The notes below the pieces were generated by a model. That model saw only the letters and a program-made list of their open reading frames with translations. It was not told where the DNA came from and made no database searches. A stretch of DNA of 64,000 nucleotides, taken from the NCBI GenBank assembly GCA_965223005.1, contig CBDCVK010000005.1:1-64000 (forward strand), in the 5' to 3' direction. Shown here piece after piece: positions 29,083-38,318 of the stretch. Source of the DNA: Terriglobia bacterium. GTDB lineage: Bacteria; Acidobacteriota; Terriglobia; JAJPHL01; JAPKYU01. Position 1 is the first letter of the stretch. Each line of letters opens with the position of its first letter. The translations under genes were made by a program, and so were the position numbers.

Positions 29083-29295
29083 TCAAACCCCGTCGTAACA
29101 GGACCGGCCGTGGCTGCATCCCCGATCATCGACCAGTTGGCCGTCCGGTCCCAGGCAGTTCTGTGTCAGTGCGCACCAGAACGGGCCGGAGTCAGATGCC
29201 AACTCTGACGGGTCGCGCTCGACATCGAGCAGCATCTCCTTGGAAACCAGGAAGCGACACCGATCGTGCCCTACAATGTTTAGTGATTCGGCCAT
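29083..29295 (-). CDS. Small Cys-rich protein (70 aa)
   Basis: Starts 2 nt after the FAD-subunit stop; five Cys in 'CRFL...FWC..TQ.C.GPD......C...RSCY'. Confidence 0.7.
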   Translation of the reverse strand: MAESLNIVGHDRCRFLVSKEMLLDVERDPSELASDSGPFWCALTQNCLGPDGQLVDDRGCSHGRSCYDGV

Positions 29296-29297
29296 GC

Positions 29298-30296
29298 TTA
29301 CGCTCCTTGCGCGGCTTCGAGGATTGCCCGCTTCACCGCTGTGCGCGCCAGTTGAGCCTTGTAGCCGTTGCCGCTGAGCGGCCGCGCCTTACGGACCGCC
29401 GCCTCGGCCGCCCTCGCAGCTACCGCTTCGCTGACCTCGTTTCCCTTCAGCGCCGCTTCAGCCTCCTGCGAGCGCCAGGGAATCGGCGCCACGTGTCCCA
29501 GCACGACGTGTGCGCTGCTCACGGTTTTGCCCTTGAGCCGCAGCGCCACTGCGGCAGCCGCCAGTGGCCAATCCAGCATCGTCCTCTGCCGGACCTCGTA
29601 AGTGACGTTGGGGCCAGAAGCCGGCGGCACCACGATTTCCGCCACGATTTCGTTCGGCTTCAGAACATTCTCACGCTCATGGTCGGATTTGGGAATCCGA
29701 AAGAAATCCGCTGCCAGCACTTCCCGTGCCCCTTGTGGTCCGAAAAGCTGGAGCCGGGCCTCGAGCGCGACCAGCGCCGGTGCCAGGCTAGATGGGTTCA
29801 CGAAGTAAGCCGGGCCGCCTCCGAAGATCGCATGGTAGCGATTCTCGCCCTCCGGTACCAGCGGATTGCCGTCCTGCTGAGCCAGCAAGCCAAACCCCGC
29901 CCGGTAATACCAACAGCGGGGACGTTGGCACAAATCGCCGCCCACGGTTCCCCGAGCGCGAATCTGCGGACTGGTTACGCCCATTGCGGCCTGCACCAGC
30001 GCCGGGTACTGCTCGCGGACCTCGGTGGCGTCTGCCAACTCCTGCAAAGTAACCAGAGCGCCAATATGCAGGCCAACCAGAGGGCCGATGCGCAGGCCGC
30101 TCGCTTTGGGGCCGATGCCCTGCAGTTCCCGGATGCCCTTGATGTCCACCACGCGTTTGGGGCTAGACAAGTATTCCTTCATCAGGCTGACCAGGTCGGT
30201 CCCTCCAGCCAGGACTTCCGTTTCTCCCCAGCTTGCTCCCAGGGCCTGGACGGCCTGCTCTTTGGTTGTCGGGGTGGCGTACTCGAAGACCTGCAT
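29298..30296 (-). CDS. Xanthine dehydrogenase-family FAD-binding subunit (YagS/PaoB-like)
   Basis: 'LAGGTDL', 'SPQIR..GTVGG.LCQRPRCWYYR', 'GENRYHAIFG'. Confidence 0.92.
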   Translation of the reverse strand: MQVFEYATPTTKEQAVQALGASWGETEVLAGGTDLVSLMKEYLSSPKRVVDIKGIRELQGIGPKASGLRIGPLVGLHIGALVTLQELADATEVREQYPALVQAAMGVTSPQIRARGTVGGDLCQRPRCWYYRAGFGLLAQQDGNPLVPEGENRYHAIFGGGPAYFVNPSSLAPALVALEARLQLFGPQGAREVLAADFFRIPKSDHERENVLKPNEIVAEIVVPPASGPNVTYEVRQRTMLDWPLAAAAVALRLKGKTVSSAHVVLGHVAPIPWRSQEAEAALKGNEVSEAVAARAAEAAVRKARPLSGNGYKAQLARTAVKRAILEAAQGA

Positions 30297-32431
30297 CAGG
30301 CTACCCTCCCTTTCTCCAGTGCCGCAAGCACCCGATCCGGAGTCAACGGCAGGTGCGGGACGCGCACGCCAATGGCGTTGGCAACCGCGTTGGCGATGGC
30401 CGCCCCCGGCGAAATCACCGGCGGCTCGCCCAACCCGATGATGCCACGCTCGTCATACCCCTTGCCGGTCATCATGTGGACCTGAAACGTGCCGATATCA
30501 CCGAGCCCGGCCAGCTTGTAATACTCCAGATCCGGGTTTAACAGCCGCCCAGTGACCCGATCGACGATCCGCTCTTCATACAGGGCGTAGCAGACGCCCT
30601 GTATCAAAGCGCCCATCACCTGGCTCTCGGCCAGCTTCAGGTTTACGATGAGCCCGCAGTCCTGCGCGGCGACAAGCTTATTGAGCGTAACCACTCCGGT
30701 TTCGATATCCACCGAGACGTCGGCCATCTGCACGCCGCCAACTCCGCTGTCGGTTATCTTGCCGGGGCCGGGGTTCTGTCCGCGGGTACTGATAGGGGTG
30801 AGCCCCATCTTCGCGCAGGCCAGATTCCAAGTGAGGCTCTTAGCCGGGTTGCCCTTTACCTGGATCTTGCCGCCCACTGCCTCAAGCTCTTCGGGCGGGG
30901 CGTCCAACACCGGGGCCACCTTAGCAAACAGCTGCTCGAGCGCATCGGTGGTGCCGCGGCGCGTTGAGGCACAGACGCCGCCCACAGTTGTGCTGCCGCC
31001 CGAGGCTCCCGACTGCGGGTAGCGATTGTCCCCGATGTTCACCTGGATCATTCTGAGCGGCAGGCCAAAGGTCTCGGCTGCCACCTGGGCGATCACCGTG
31101 CGGGTGCCCGTCCCCAGGTCCTGACTGCCCAGGTTCACCTTTACTGAGCCATCCGGATGAATTCTCACGTCGCACTGGCTGTTGTGGGCGCGGCCGCCCC
31201 AGGTGTGCATGGACAGGCCCAGGCCGCGCTTGATTGGCCCAGGCGTCTTGTCGCCGCGAGGGTGGACATTCTTCATCCAGTCAATCATCTCGGCGCACTT
31301 CAGTAACTCCGCCTTGTAGTCCTCGGCCCGCCCGCCGCTGGTCAGGTGAAGGTTTTTCAAGACAAGCCCCAGCGGGTCCATGTTTAGCTTGGCCGCGAGG
31401 TCTTCCAGCGCTCCCATGGTGAGCGCCGCACCCTGGGGGTGATTGGGAGCGCGCCAGGCGCGCGCGGCGCCAGTGTTGGTGGAAACGGGAGTGTAGCGCC
31501 GGCGAATGTTGGGAATCTTGGTGAAGATGTAAGGCAGTGGCGGCCCCCCCCGGCCAGCCAAGCCCCCGGTACCCCAGGCTTCACTCTGCCAGGCAACCAG
31601 CGTCCCGTCTTTCTTGGCCCCTACCTTGATCTTGGCGAAGGCCGAGGGACGGGCGCCGGCCAGCTGCAATTCGGGGCCGCGGTCCAGCATGAACTTGACC
31701 GGGCGCCCGGCCGCTTTGGCCAGCCGGGCCGCTTCAACGCCCCACACATCCGCTGCAAACTTGCTGCCGAAGCCGCCGCCCATGTAGTCGCAGAGAACGC
31801 GCACATTAGTGTTGGGGATCTTCAGAGGCTGGGCGAATTGGGTAGCCACTCCAGAGACATTCTGAGTGGAAACCCAGGCCGTGAGCTGGTCGCCCTCCCA
31901 TTCGGCCACCGTGCCGTGAGACTCCATGCAGGCGTGCGAGATCACCTCGATGCCGTATTCGCCTTCTGAGATGACTTCGGCTTCCCGGAACCCCTGATCC
32001 GGGTCGCCCGTAATCCGCTCATCCTCCGGCTTAGCCCGGTCGCCAACCTCCGCCAGGTTGGATGCCTTTACCATGTGCGGCAGCTTCTCGAACTTGACGG
32101 CAATCTTGCGGACTGCGTCCTCAGCGAGCTCTTCGCTCTCAGCTGCGACCACAGCCACGTCTTCCATTTCCCACTGAATCGCATCGCCCGGCTTCTTCAG
32201 CACTCGGACCGCCTTGACCCCCGGCATGCGCTCGGCAGCGCTGGTGTCAATGCTGAGGAGGCGAGCATGCGCATAAGGACAACGGAGGGCGCGCGCGTAA
32301 AGCATGCCCGGCCGGTTGATGTCGTAGGTGTATTTCGCCTTGCCGGTCACCTTCACCGGTCCGTCCGACCGGTCGTATCGTCCGCCGATGTGGCTACGCT
32401 TCCCTGCTTTGGGCCAGGAATAATCAGGCAT
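30296..32431 (-). CDS. Xanthine dehydrogenase-family molybdopterin-binding subunit (YagR/PaoC-like)
   Basis: 'KVTGKAKY', 'MGGGFGSK', 'WRAP', 'DLGTGT', 'SGGSTT', 'GLGEPP'. Confidence 0.93.
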   Translation of the reverse strand: MPDYSWPKAGKRSHIGGRYDRSDGPVKVTGKAKYTYDINRPGMLYARALRCPYAHARLLSIDTSAAERMPGVKAVRVLKKPGDAIQWEMEDVAVVAAESEELAEDAVRKIAVKFEKLPHMVKASNLAEVGDRAKPEDERITGDPDQGFREAEVISEGEYGIEVISHACMESHGTVAEWEGDQLTAWVSTQNVSGVATQFAQPLKIPNTNVRVLCDYMGGGFGSKFAADVWGVEAARLAKAAGRPVKFMLDRGPELQLAGARPSAFAKIKVGAKKDGTLVAWQSEAWGTGGLAGRGGPPLPYIFTKIPNIRRRYTPVSTNTGAARAWRAPNHPQGAALTMGALEDLAAKLNMDPLGLVLKNLHLTSGGRAEDYKAELLKCAEMIDWMKNVHPRGDKTPGPIKRGLGLSMHTWGGRAHNSQCDVRIHPDGSVKVNLGSQDLGTGTRTVIAQVAAETFGLPLRMIQVNIGDNRYPQSGASGGSTTVGGVCASTRRGTTDALEQLFAKVAPVLDAPPEELEAVGGKIQVKGNPAKSLTWNLACAKMGLTPISTRGQNPGPGKITDSGVGGVQMADVSVDIETGVVTLNKLVAAQDCGLIVNLKLAESQVMGALIQGVCYALYEERIVDRVTGRLLNPDLEYYKLAGLGDIGTFQVHMMTGKGYDERGIIGLGEPPVISPGAAIANAVANAIGVRVPHLPLTPDRVLAALEKGRVA

Positions 32432-33068
32432 TGGCGCTCCCTCCTCTCCGGGCCTTGGCGGCCTCTAGTACCGCCTCTTCTATACCCGCGTAAGTGCCGC
32501 AACGGCACAGGTTGCCGCCCAGGCCCTGGCGGACCTGCGCGCGGGTGGGGGTAGGATGCTTGTCCAGGAAAGCCTTGCAGGCCACGACAAAACCCGGAGT
32601 GCAGAAGCCGCACTGCTGTGCGTCGTGCTTGACGAAGGCCGCCTGGACGGGGTCCAGTTGGTCGCCCTCACCGAAGGCTTCCACTGTGGTTATGGCCTTG
32701 CCCCGGGCCTCGATGGCGAGCAGGCTGCAGGCATAAACGGGGGCGCCGTCGAGCATGACCGTACAGGCACCACAAGTTCCCCGGTCGCACACCTTCTTGG
32801 CCCCGGTGAGGTCCAGGTGATTGCGCAACGCGTCCAGCAGCGTCACCCGCGGCTCCAGTTCCACCTTTTGAACCTTGCCGTTGATGCGCAGGCTGAAAGG
32901 CACCTTGCGCGGGCCCAGCACCGGCGCCTCATGCCCGGCCGCTTCCGCCGGGCCGACTTCGCTCACCAACAACCCGGTCGGAACAGCCACACTCGCGCCT
33001 CTCAGGAAGTCGCGGCGCGAAAATCCTTTCCTGCCGGGAGGCGGTGCTTTTCGTTTCTTTTTGCTCAT
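32424..33068 (-). CDS. (2Fe-2S)-binding subunit with Tat signal (YagT/PaoA-like)
   Basis: 'SRRDFLR' Tat motif; 'CDRGTCGAC', 'QCGFC', 'NLCRC'. Confidence 0.93.
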   Translation of the reverse strand: MSKKKRKAPPPGRKGFSRRDFLRGASVAVPTGLLVSEVGPAEAAGHEAPVLGPRKVPFSLRINGKVQKVELEPRVTLLDALRNHLDLTGAKKVCDRGTCGACTVMLDGAPVYACSLLAIEARGKAITTVEAFGEGDQLDPVQAAFVKHDAQQCGFCTPGFVVACKAFLDKHPTPTRAQVRQGLGGNLCRCGTYAGIEEAVLEAAKARRGGSANA

Positions 33069-33269
33069 CAGGGCTCTCCTCTGAGGGCTGCGTCCAGCTC
33101 AATGGGAACATCGGAAATGGTCTTTTCTCAGGCAAACGGGTCGGTCGTGGACCCCCATGTTACTCAAAAAGCACCTGGGCCGGAAGCGCTTTTTTGGGCT
33201 TCTTTGGGCTGTAAGTTTTGGCCCACGGCCGCCTGCTTGCCCGTTGTATAATCCCTGCGGGAGGAGCCT

Positions 33270-34136
33270 ATGAGCGCTGCATTGGCGCTGAAGCTCACCG
33301 TTCTCTGCTCCGGTGTGGACGCAGCCGGCAAGCCTTTCGAAGAACGCACACGCACGACGGCCGTCGAGAAACGAGGCGGTCGGCTGCTCACCCAACACCT
33401 GTTAAAAAAGGGCAGCCACCTTCAATTGCGCCTGCTGGCACGACCCGATGAGGAAGCCGAAGTCGAGATTGTGAAGGCGCTGGAGACTGGCAACGAGGGC
33501 ACGGAGTGGAACTTCCAGTTCCTGGTCCCCGTGGAGAATTTCTGGGGACTCCGGTTTCCGGCTGGAACAGCGGCGACGTCGTCCCCGGAAAGCATCGACG
33601 CCACCACCGCGCTGGCTGGAGTGACCGAGGAACTGGTCCTGCTGCGGGCCCATGCCGACGATCACCTGCGCCACTGCACTCAGGAAATTGACGCACTTCG
33701 CGAGCGGTTTACCCGCGAACTTCAGGGCGCTATGGATACCGCCGGTCGGCAGTTGCAACAACTCGCCCGGAGCACGATCCAGACCACTTTCCGCAGCTTG
33801 TTGGAAGACTTGGCCCGCAGGGCCGAAGAAACGGTGGACGAAAACCTGAAGCGGCTGCGCGAAGCGGTGGACCAGACCGGCGTGCAACACGCCAAGTACC
33901 TGGACGAAGAGGCGGAAACGGAACTGCAAAGGTTCCAGGAGCGCCTGGAGAAACAGGGCCGCCAGCTGACGACCCGCCTGGAACAGTTGCGGGTCGATGG
34001 CGACCGTGCCCTGCAGCAAGCGGGGCAGGCCGCCCTGGCGAACTTCCAGGCTGGCTGTGCGGACCTGCTGCGCGACCTGCTCCACTCCGCTGAGCCCGCT
34101 AAACCGTCCCGCCCACCGGCAACGCGCCGGAAATAG
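33270..34136 (+). CDS. Hypothetical protein, PilZ-like N-terminal barrel plus long coiled coil
   Basis: 'G.D..GKPFEE.T.T..V...GG.L', 'NFWG..FP', then heptad-rich helix; GGAGGAG RBS. Confidence 0.65.
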   Translation: MSAALALKLTVLCSGVDAAGKPFEERTRTTAVEKRGGRLLTQHLLKKGSHLQLRLLARPDEEAEVEIVKALETGNEGTEWNFQFLVPVENFWGLRFPAGTAATSSPESIDATTALAGVTEELVLLRAHADDHLRHCTQEIDALRERFTRELQGAMDTAGRQLQQLARSTIQTTFRSLLEDLARRAEETVDENLKRLREAVDQTGVQHAKYLDEEAETELQRFQERLEKQGRQLTTRLEQLRVDGDRALQQAGQAALANFQAGCADLLRDLLHSAEPAKPSRPPATRRK

Positions 34137-34313
34137 CCGGCAGTACTTCATCGGCGCTCCGAGCCGACGCCGCGGTCCCCGCTGCGAGGAATCCGCTCCT
34201 CGAACGCGCAAGCCAACGAACCATTCGTTTCCCTCAAGAGGTATCCCTTTCGTCGCCCCTGGGGCGGTTGTCCAACGCCTCTGGAAGCTCGGTCTTCAGA
34301 TATCATTATCTGA

Positions 34314-35414
34314 GTGCAGAGCAGCCACCTCCAGATCCTCGAGAACGTGCCCCTGGCGCCGCTGACCACGCTGGGCATCGGCGGGCCGGCGCGTTTTTTC
34401 ATGGAGGCGCGTGACGAGCAAACTGCTGTGGCTGCGCTGGACTTTGCCGGGCAGCGCGGCCTGCCGTCGTTCATCCTGGGCGGGGGAAGTAACATCCTGG
34501 TAGCCGACGAAGGTTTTCCTGGCCTGGTCTTGCGCATGGGTGTCAGCGGCGTCTCCGAACAGCCCCAGGGCGACAAAGTGGTCGTGACGGTGGGGGCTGG
34601 AGACGATTGGGACGGCTTTGTAGCTTCCTCGGTTGAGCGCGGACTGGGCGGCGTGGAATGTCTGAGCGGAATTCCCGGCTCTGTCGGGGGGACCCCCATC
34701 CAAAACGTGGGCGCCTACGGCCAGGAGGTCTCCGAGACGATCGTGGCGGTTCGGGTGTGCGATCGGCTCAGCCGGCGCATCTTCGAACTCAGCAACTCAC
34801 TCAACAACGCCGAGTGCGGTTTTTCCTATCGGCACAGCATCTTCCTGAGTACTGCGCGGGACCGCTACATCGTGCTGTCGGTCACCTATGCTCTGCTCCG
34901 CGACGGCCAGCCGAGCTTGAAGTATCCCGAGGTGCAGAACTATTTTGCCGGTGGTGGCGGTAATCCTGGCTTGCGCGAGGTGCGCGAGGCGGTCCGCGCC
35001 ATTCGTGCCAGCAAGGCAATGCTGTTGGTCTCGGGCGACCCCGACTGCCGTAGCGCGGGCTCGTTCTTCAAGAACCCCATCGTCAGCGAGCAGCAATATG
35101 CGGAGATTTCAGCCCGCGCCCCGGCTCCGGTCCCGCGCTACCCGGTCCGTAACGGCGCCGACCGGGTAAAAGTGCCGGCAGCCTGGCTGATCGAGCGCGC
35201 GGGCTTCTCCAAAGGCTACCGGAGCGGCCGGGTTGGCCTCTCCAGCAAGCACACTCTGGCTTTGGTCAACCTCGGTGGCGCTTCGGCTGGTGAGGTGTTG
35301 GCTCTGATGCGCGAGATTCAGCAAGGCGTCGGCGACCGGTTTGGCATCCATCTGGCTGCCGAACCCCAGTTCGTGGGATTTCCAACGGACCAAAGCAGCC
35401 GCCAAAGCATCTGA
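34314..35414 (+). CDS. murB: UDP-N-acetylenolpyruvoylglucosamine reductase
   Basis: 'TTLGIGG', 'LGGGSNIL', 'GIPGSVG', 'NVGAYG', 'FSYRHS', 'SAGSFFKNP', 'KHTLALVN'. Confidence 0.96.
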   Translation: MQSSHLQILENVPLAPLTTLGIGGPARFFMEARDEQTAVAALDFAGQRGLPSFILGGGSNILVADEGFPGLVLRMGVSGVSEQPQGDKVVVTVGAGDDWDGFVASSVERGLGGVECLSGIPGSVGGTPIQNVGAYGQEVSETIVAVRVCDRLSRRIFELSNSLNNAECGFSYRHSIFLSTARDRYIVLSVTYALLRDGQPSLKYPEVQNYFAGGGGNPGLREVREAVRAIRASKAMLLVSGDPDCRSAGSFFKNPIVSEQQYAEISARAPAPVPRYPVRNGADRVKVPAAWLIERAGFSKGYRSGRVGLSSKHTLALVNLGGASAGEVLALMREIQQGVGDRFGIHLAAEPQFVGFPTDQSSRQSI

Positions 35415-35492
35415 TCGAAATGAAGCGCCGATAGTGGCCGAAAACACGCCGACAGGGTATGATGATGCCTCGAAAAAACCCCGGGAGAAGGA

Positions 35493-35744
35493 ATGGCTGA
35501 AACCAAGATTACCGCAAACAACAACGGCCCGCTGCGGGTCGAAGGGCAATTCACGATCCACGACGCACAGGGCAACGCGTTCGACATTGCCGGGCGCACC
35601 GTGCTCTCCTTGTGCCGCTGCGGGCATTCCGAGAATAAACCGTTTTGCGACGGCAACCACAAGCGGGCCGGTTTCCAGTCGGAAGTGAAGGCGCGGGCAC
35701 TTCCTCCACCGGCTCCCAAACCGCCTCTGGTCAATCCCGGCTGA
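35493..35744 (+). CDS. CDGSH iron-sulfur domain protein
   Basis: 'NGPL.V', 'LCRCGHS.NKPFCDGNH'. Confidence 0.93.
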   Translation: MAETKITANNNGPLRVEGQFTIHDAQGNAFDIAGRTVLSLCRCGHSENKPFCDGNHKRAGFQSEVKARALPPPAPKPPLVNPG

Positions 35745-35865
35745 AATCCCGGGTAAATCCAGGCTGAGAGGCCGGACGGCAGGTGCTCGCAGGGGAATCC
35801 ATTCTTATCCCCCGCGCTACTTCTTACGGTCACAATGGCTACGGCCACGATGGCTCACGATACCT

Positions 35866-36768
35866 ATGGCTACGCTAGTTGTCGGCTCAGTCGCGTTTGA
35901 CGCCGTCCAGACCTCCTTTGGACGCGTAGACCGCATGCTAGGCGGCTCGGCCACCTATTTTGCCCTGGCCGCCAGTTTCTTCACCCCGGTGCGGCTAGTA
36001 GCGGTGGTTGGCGAGGATTTTACCGACGCTGACCTGGCCGTCTTCGGCGACCGCAACATCTCAACCGACGGTCTGGAGCGGCGGCCCGGCAGAACTTTTT
36101 TCTGGTCCGGCGAGTATAGTGCCGATCTCAATGAACGCCGCACGCTGGAAACCCAGTTGAACGTCTTTGCGGAATTCCAGCCGGAGCTGCCCGCCGCCTA
36201 CCGCCAGAGTGAGTTCCTGTTTCTGGGCAACATTGACCCGGAACTGCAACAGAGCGTGCAGTCGCAAATGTCGGCGCCGAAGCTGGTGGCCGGCGACACG
36301 ATGAATTTCTGGATTGAGCGCAAGCCGGAGCAACTGCGCCGGACGCTGGCGGGCCTGGACGTGCTGCTGATCAACGACAGCGAGGTGCGTCAACTGTCGG
36401 GGGAATACAACCTGTCGGTAGCGGCGCGGCGCATTCAGGCGCTGGGCCCTCGCACGTTGGTGGCAAAGCGGGGAGAATACGGCGCAGTGATGTTCCATGA
36501 CGGGCACGTCTTCCTTGCGCCGGGATTCCCGCTGGAGCAGGTGTGCGACCCTACCGGTGCCGGCGATAGTTTCGCCGGAGGTTTCATGGGAGCACTGGCC
36601 GAGGCCGGCGCCTTGGACGAAGCGGCGCTGCGACGCGCCATGATCTACGGATCGGTGCTGGGCGGTTTTACAGTCGAGCAGTTCGGCGTGGAGCGCCTGC
36701 GTAGCCTGACGCGTCCGGAGATTGACCGTCGCTACCGCGAGTTTCGGGAGTTGACCGCGTTCGACTGA
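35866..36768 (+). CDS. PfkB-family carbohydrate/nucleoside kinase
   Basis: 'VVGSVAFD', 'LGGSA', 'N..E', 'KRGEYG', 'DPTGAGDSFAGG'. Confidence 0.93.
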   Translation: MATLVVGSVAFDAVQTSFGRVDRMLGGSATYFALAASFFTPVRLVAVVGEDFTDADLAVFGDRNISTDGLERRPGRTFFWSGEYSADLNERRTLETQLNVFAEFQPELPAAYRQSEFLFLGNIDPELQQSVQSQMSAPKLVAGDTMNFWIERKPEQLRRTLAGLDVLLINDSEVRQLSGEYNLSVAARRIQALGPRTLVAKRGEYGAVMFHDGHVFLAPGFPLEQVCDPTGAGDSFAGGFMGALAEAGALDEAALRRAMIYGSVLGGFTVEQFGVERLRSLTRPEIDRRYREFRELTAFD

Positions 36769-36782
36769 CCCGGCTCCGCCTC

Positions 36783-37610
36783 ATGCGGCACCCTATGGTT
36801 CAAGTTCCTTTCATAAAGGCACACGGCTGCGGCAACGATTTCCTGATCGTGAGTGAAGATCCCGACCGGATGGCGCCGCTGGATGGCTTTGTGCGCCGTA
36901 TCTGCGACCGCCATTGCGGCGTGGGCGCCGACGGACTCTATTTGCTGTCGGGTGCCTCGGGGGATGCTGAGGCCGAAATCCACCTCTATAACTGCGACGG
37001 CAGCCCCGCCGAATTGTCGGGTAACGGCACGCGTTGCGTGGCCGCCGTTCTGGTGGCCGAGGGACGGGCCGCCGACCCGGCGCGGCTCCGCATCCGCACC
37101 GGAGCGGGGCTCAAGGAACTGCGGTTACTGGACCGCGACGACAATCGGTTCCGCTTTGAAATGCGTCTCGGGGCAACCAGCGTTTCCCCTGGTCCGGAGG
37201 AGACGCTGGCCGTGGGGCTCGGGAACCCTCACTGTGTGGCGTTTGTGGAACGCTTCGGCTTCGACTGGGAGGCGCGCGGCCGCGCGCTGGAACGTCATCC
37301 GCAGTTTCCCGATGGCTCCAACGTGGAGTTCGTACGCGTGATCGAGTCGCACCGTGTGGAAGCGCGCTTCTGGGAACGCGGCGCCGGCCACACGCTATCT
37401 TCGGGCACCGGCGCGGCAGCAGCCGCAGTGGCTGCTATCCACGCCGGGCGCGCCCGCTCGCCAGCGACGGTTTCGACCGAAGGCGGCGACCTGGAGGTGC
37501 GCTGGGAACCTGAAACGGACGTCTCCCTAACAGGCCCTGCGGAAATTGTCTGCCGTGGAGAGTTTTATTGGGAACCCAGCTCGTCTGGGACGCTGGGCGG
37601 CCGGGCTTGA
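36783..37610 (+). CDS. dapF: Diaminopimelate epimerase family, both catalytic Cys positions Ser
   Basis: 'KAHG.GNDF', 'GVGADG', 'N.DGS.AELSGNG.RC', 'GNPHCV', 'NVEFV', 'WERGAG.TLSSGTG'. Confidence 0.88.
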   Translation: MRHPMVQVPFIKAHGCGNDFLIVSEDPDRMAPLDGFVRRICDRHCGVGADGLYLLSGASGDAEAEIHLYNCDGSPAELSGNGTRCVAAVLVAEGRAADPARLRIRTGAGLKELRLLDRDDNRFRFEMRLGATSVSPGPEETLAVGLGNPHCVAFVERFGFDWEARGRALERHPQFPDGSNVEFVRVIESHRVEARFWERGAGHTLSSGTGAAAAAVAAIHAGRARSPATVSTEGGDLEVRWEPETDVSLTGPAEIVCRGEFYWEPSSSGTLGGRA

Positions 37611-37656
37611 ACCCGCAAGCCGGGCGGAGGCATGGCCGTTTGCGCCAGTCCAGCCC

Positions 37657-38148
37657 CTAGCGCGCGTACTTCTCGTCTATGGTCTTCTTGATCTCGGGGA
37701 TCGGCATCCCCTGGTTCTGCAGTTGTTGCGCTTCCAGCGCAATCACGCGGCACAGTATTCAAGTCTCACCGTGCCTGTCCACAAAGCAATCCAAGTTATT
37801 GCCGTGTCCGGGATTGATATAGCAGCCGCAGTAGCAGGGCATCCGCTCCAGCAATCGCGGATTGTTGCGGGCCACCTCGTAGGACTTACGGATCATCGGG
37901 TCGGCGAATTGCTCGGGCGGCAGCGCCACGGGGCGGGGCCGTCGGGGAACGGCCGGCAGAATCACCTTCGCGCTCAGACTGCTCTTTGCCTTAGCCTGCG
38001 GCTTGGCTGGCGCAGACGCCGCAGGCGGCCGCAAGGATCGAACGGCCAGGTAGCTCCCAGCACCCACCAGCAGTGCCACAGCCGCCACAGCCGAAGTGAT
38101 CCATCGCCGTGAGGCGCCAGGGCCGGAACGAGCTTTCTTCTGTGCCAA
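37657..38148 (-). CDS. PCYCGC-motif membrane-anchored protein, probable selenoprotein (in-frame TGA at 37759-37761)
   Basis: TTG start with GGAGG RBS; 'PCYCGC...H..NLDCF...HGET-TGA-ILC...ALEA..L...G.PI.EIK..IDEKY'; homology pattern continues past the TGA to TAG at 37657. Confidence 0.8.
37726..37742 (-). promoter_or_regulatory. SECIS-like hairpin
   Basis: Minus strand TTGCGCT-GGA-AGCGCAA, loop ~23 nt downstream of the in-frame UGA. Confidence 0.6.
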
Positions 38149-38174
38149 AATCAAGTCCTCCCGAAACGCGCCGG

Positions 38175-38318
38175 CTACTGCTTGTTCATCTTTCTCTCCA
38201 CGATGAACAGAAACCCGAATACACCGAACAACAGGATGGTCCCCACCAGGCACACCAGGGTCAGGCCGTCCAGAAACAGAAAACTCACAGACAATGCAGG
38301 GCAACTAAGCGACAGCAA
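38175..38318 (-). CDS. Small single-pass membrane protein (47 aa), absent from the ORF track
   Basis: GAGGAGGTG RBS, TTG start, MLSLSCPALSVSFLFLDGLTLVCLVGTILLFGVFGFLFIVERKMNKQ*; extended -10 TGtTATACT at 38345-38353. Confidence 0.6.
   Translation of the reverse strand: MLSLSCPALSVSFLFLDGLTLVCLVGTILLFGVFGFLFIVERKMNKQ

Noticed and set aside
28917-30485. 522-aa plus-strand ORF and other long antisense ORFs (e.g. 58363-59772, 16113-17171, 13497-14483)
   Set aside because: Shadow frames opposite well-supported genes, expected in high-GC DNA.
33069-33269. Moco riboswitch upstream of the molybdoenzyme operon
   Set aside because: Only one hairpin and a 10-bp direct repeat are visible; no multi-stem GNRA architecture of the Moco motif.
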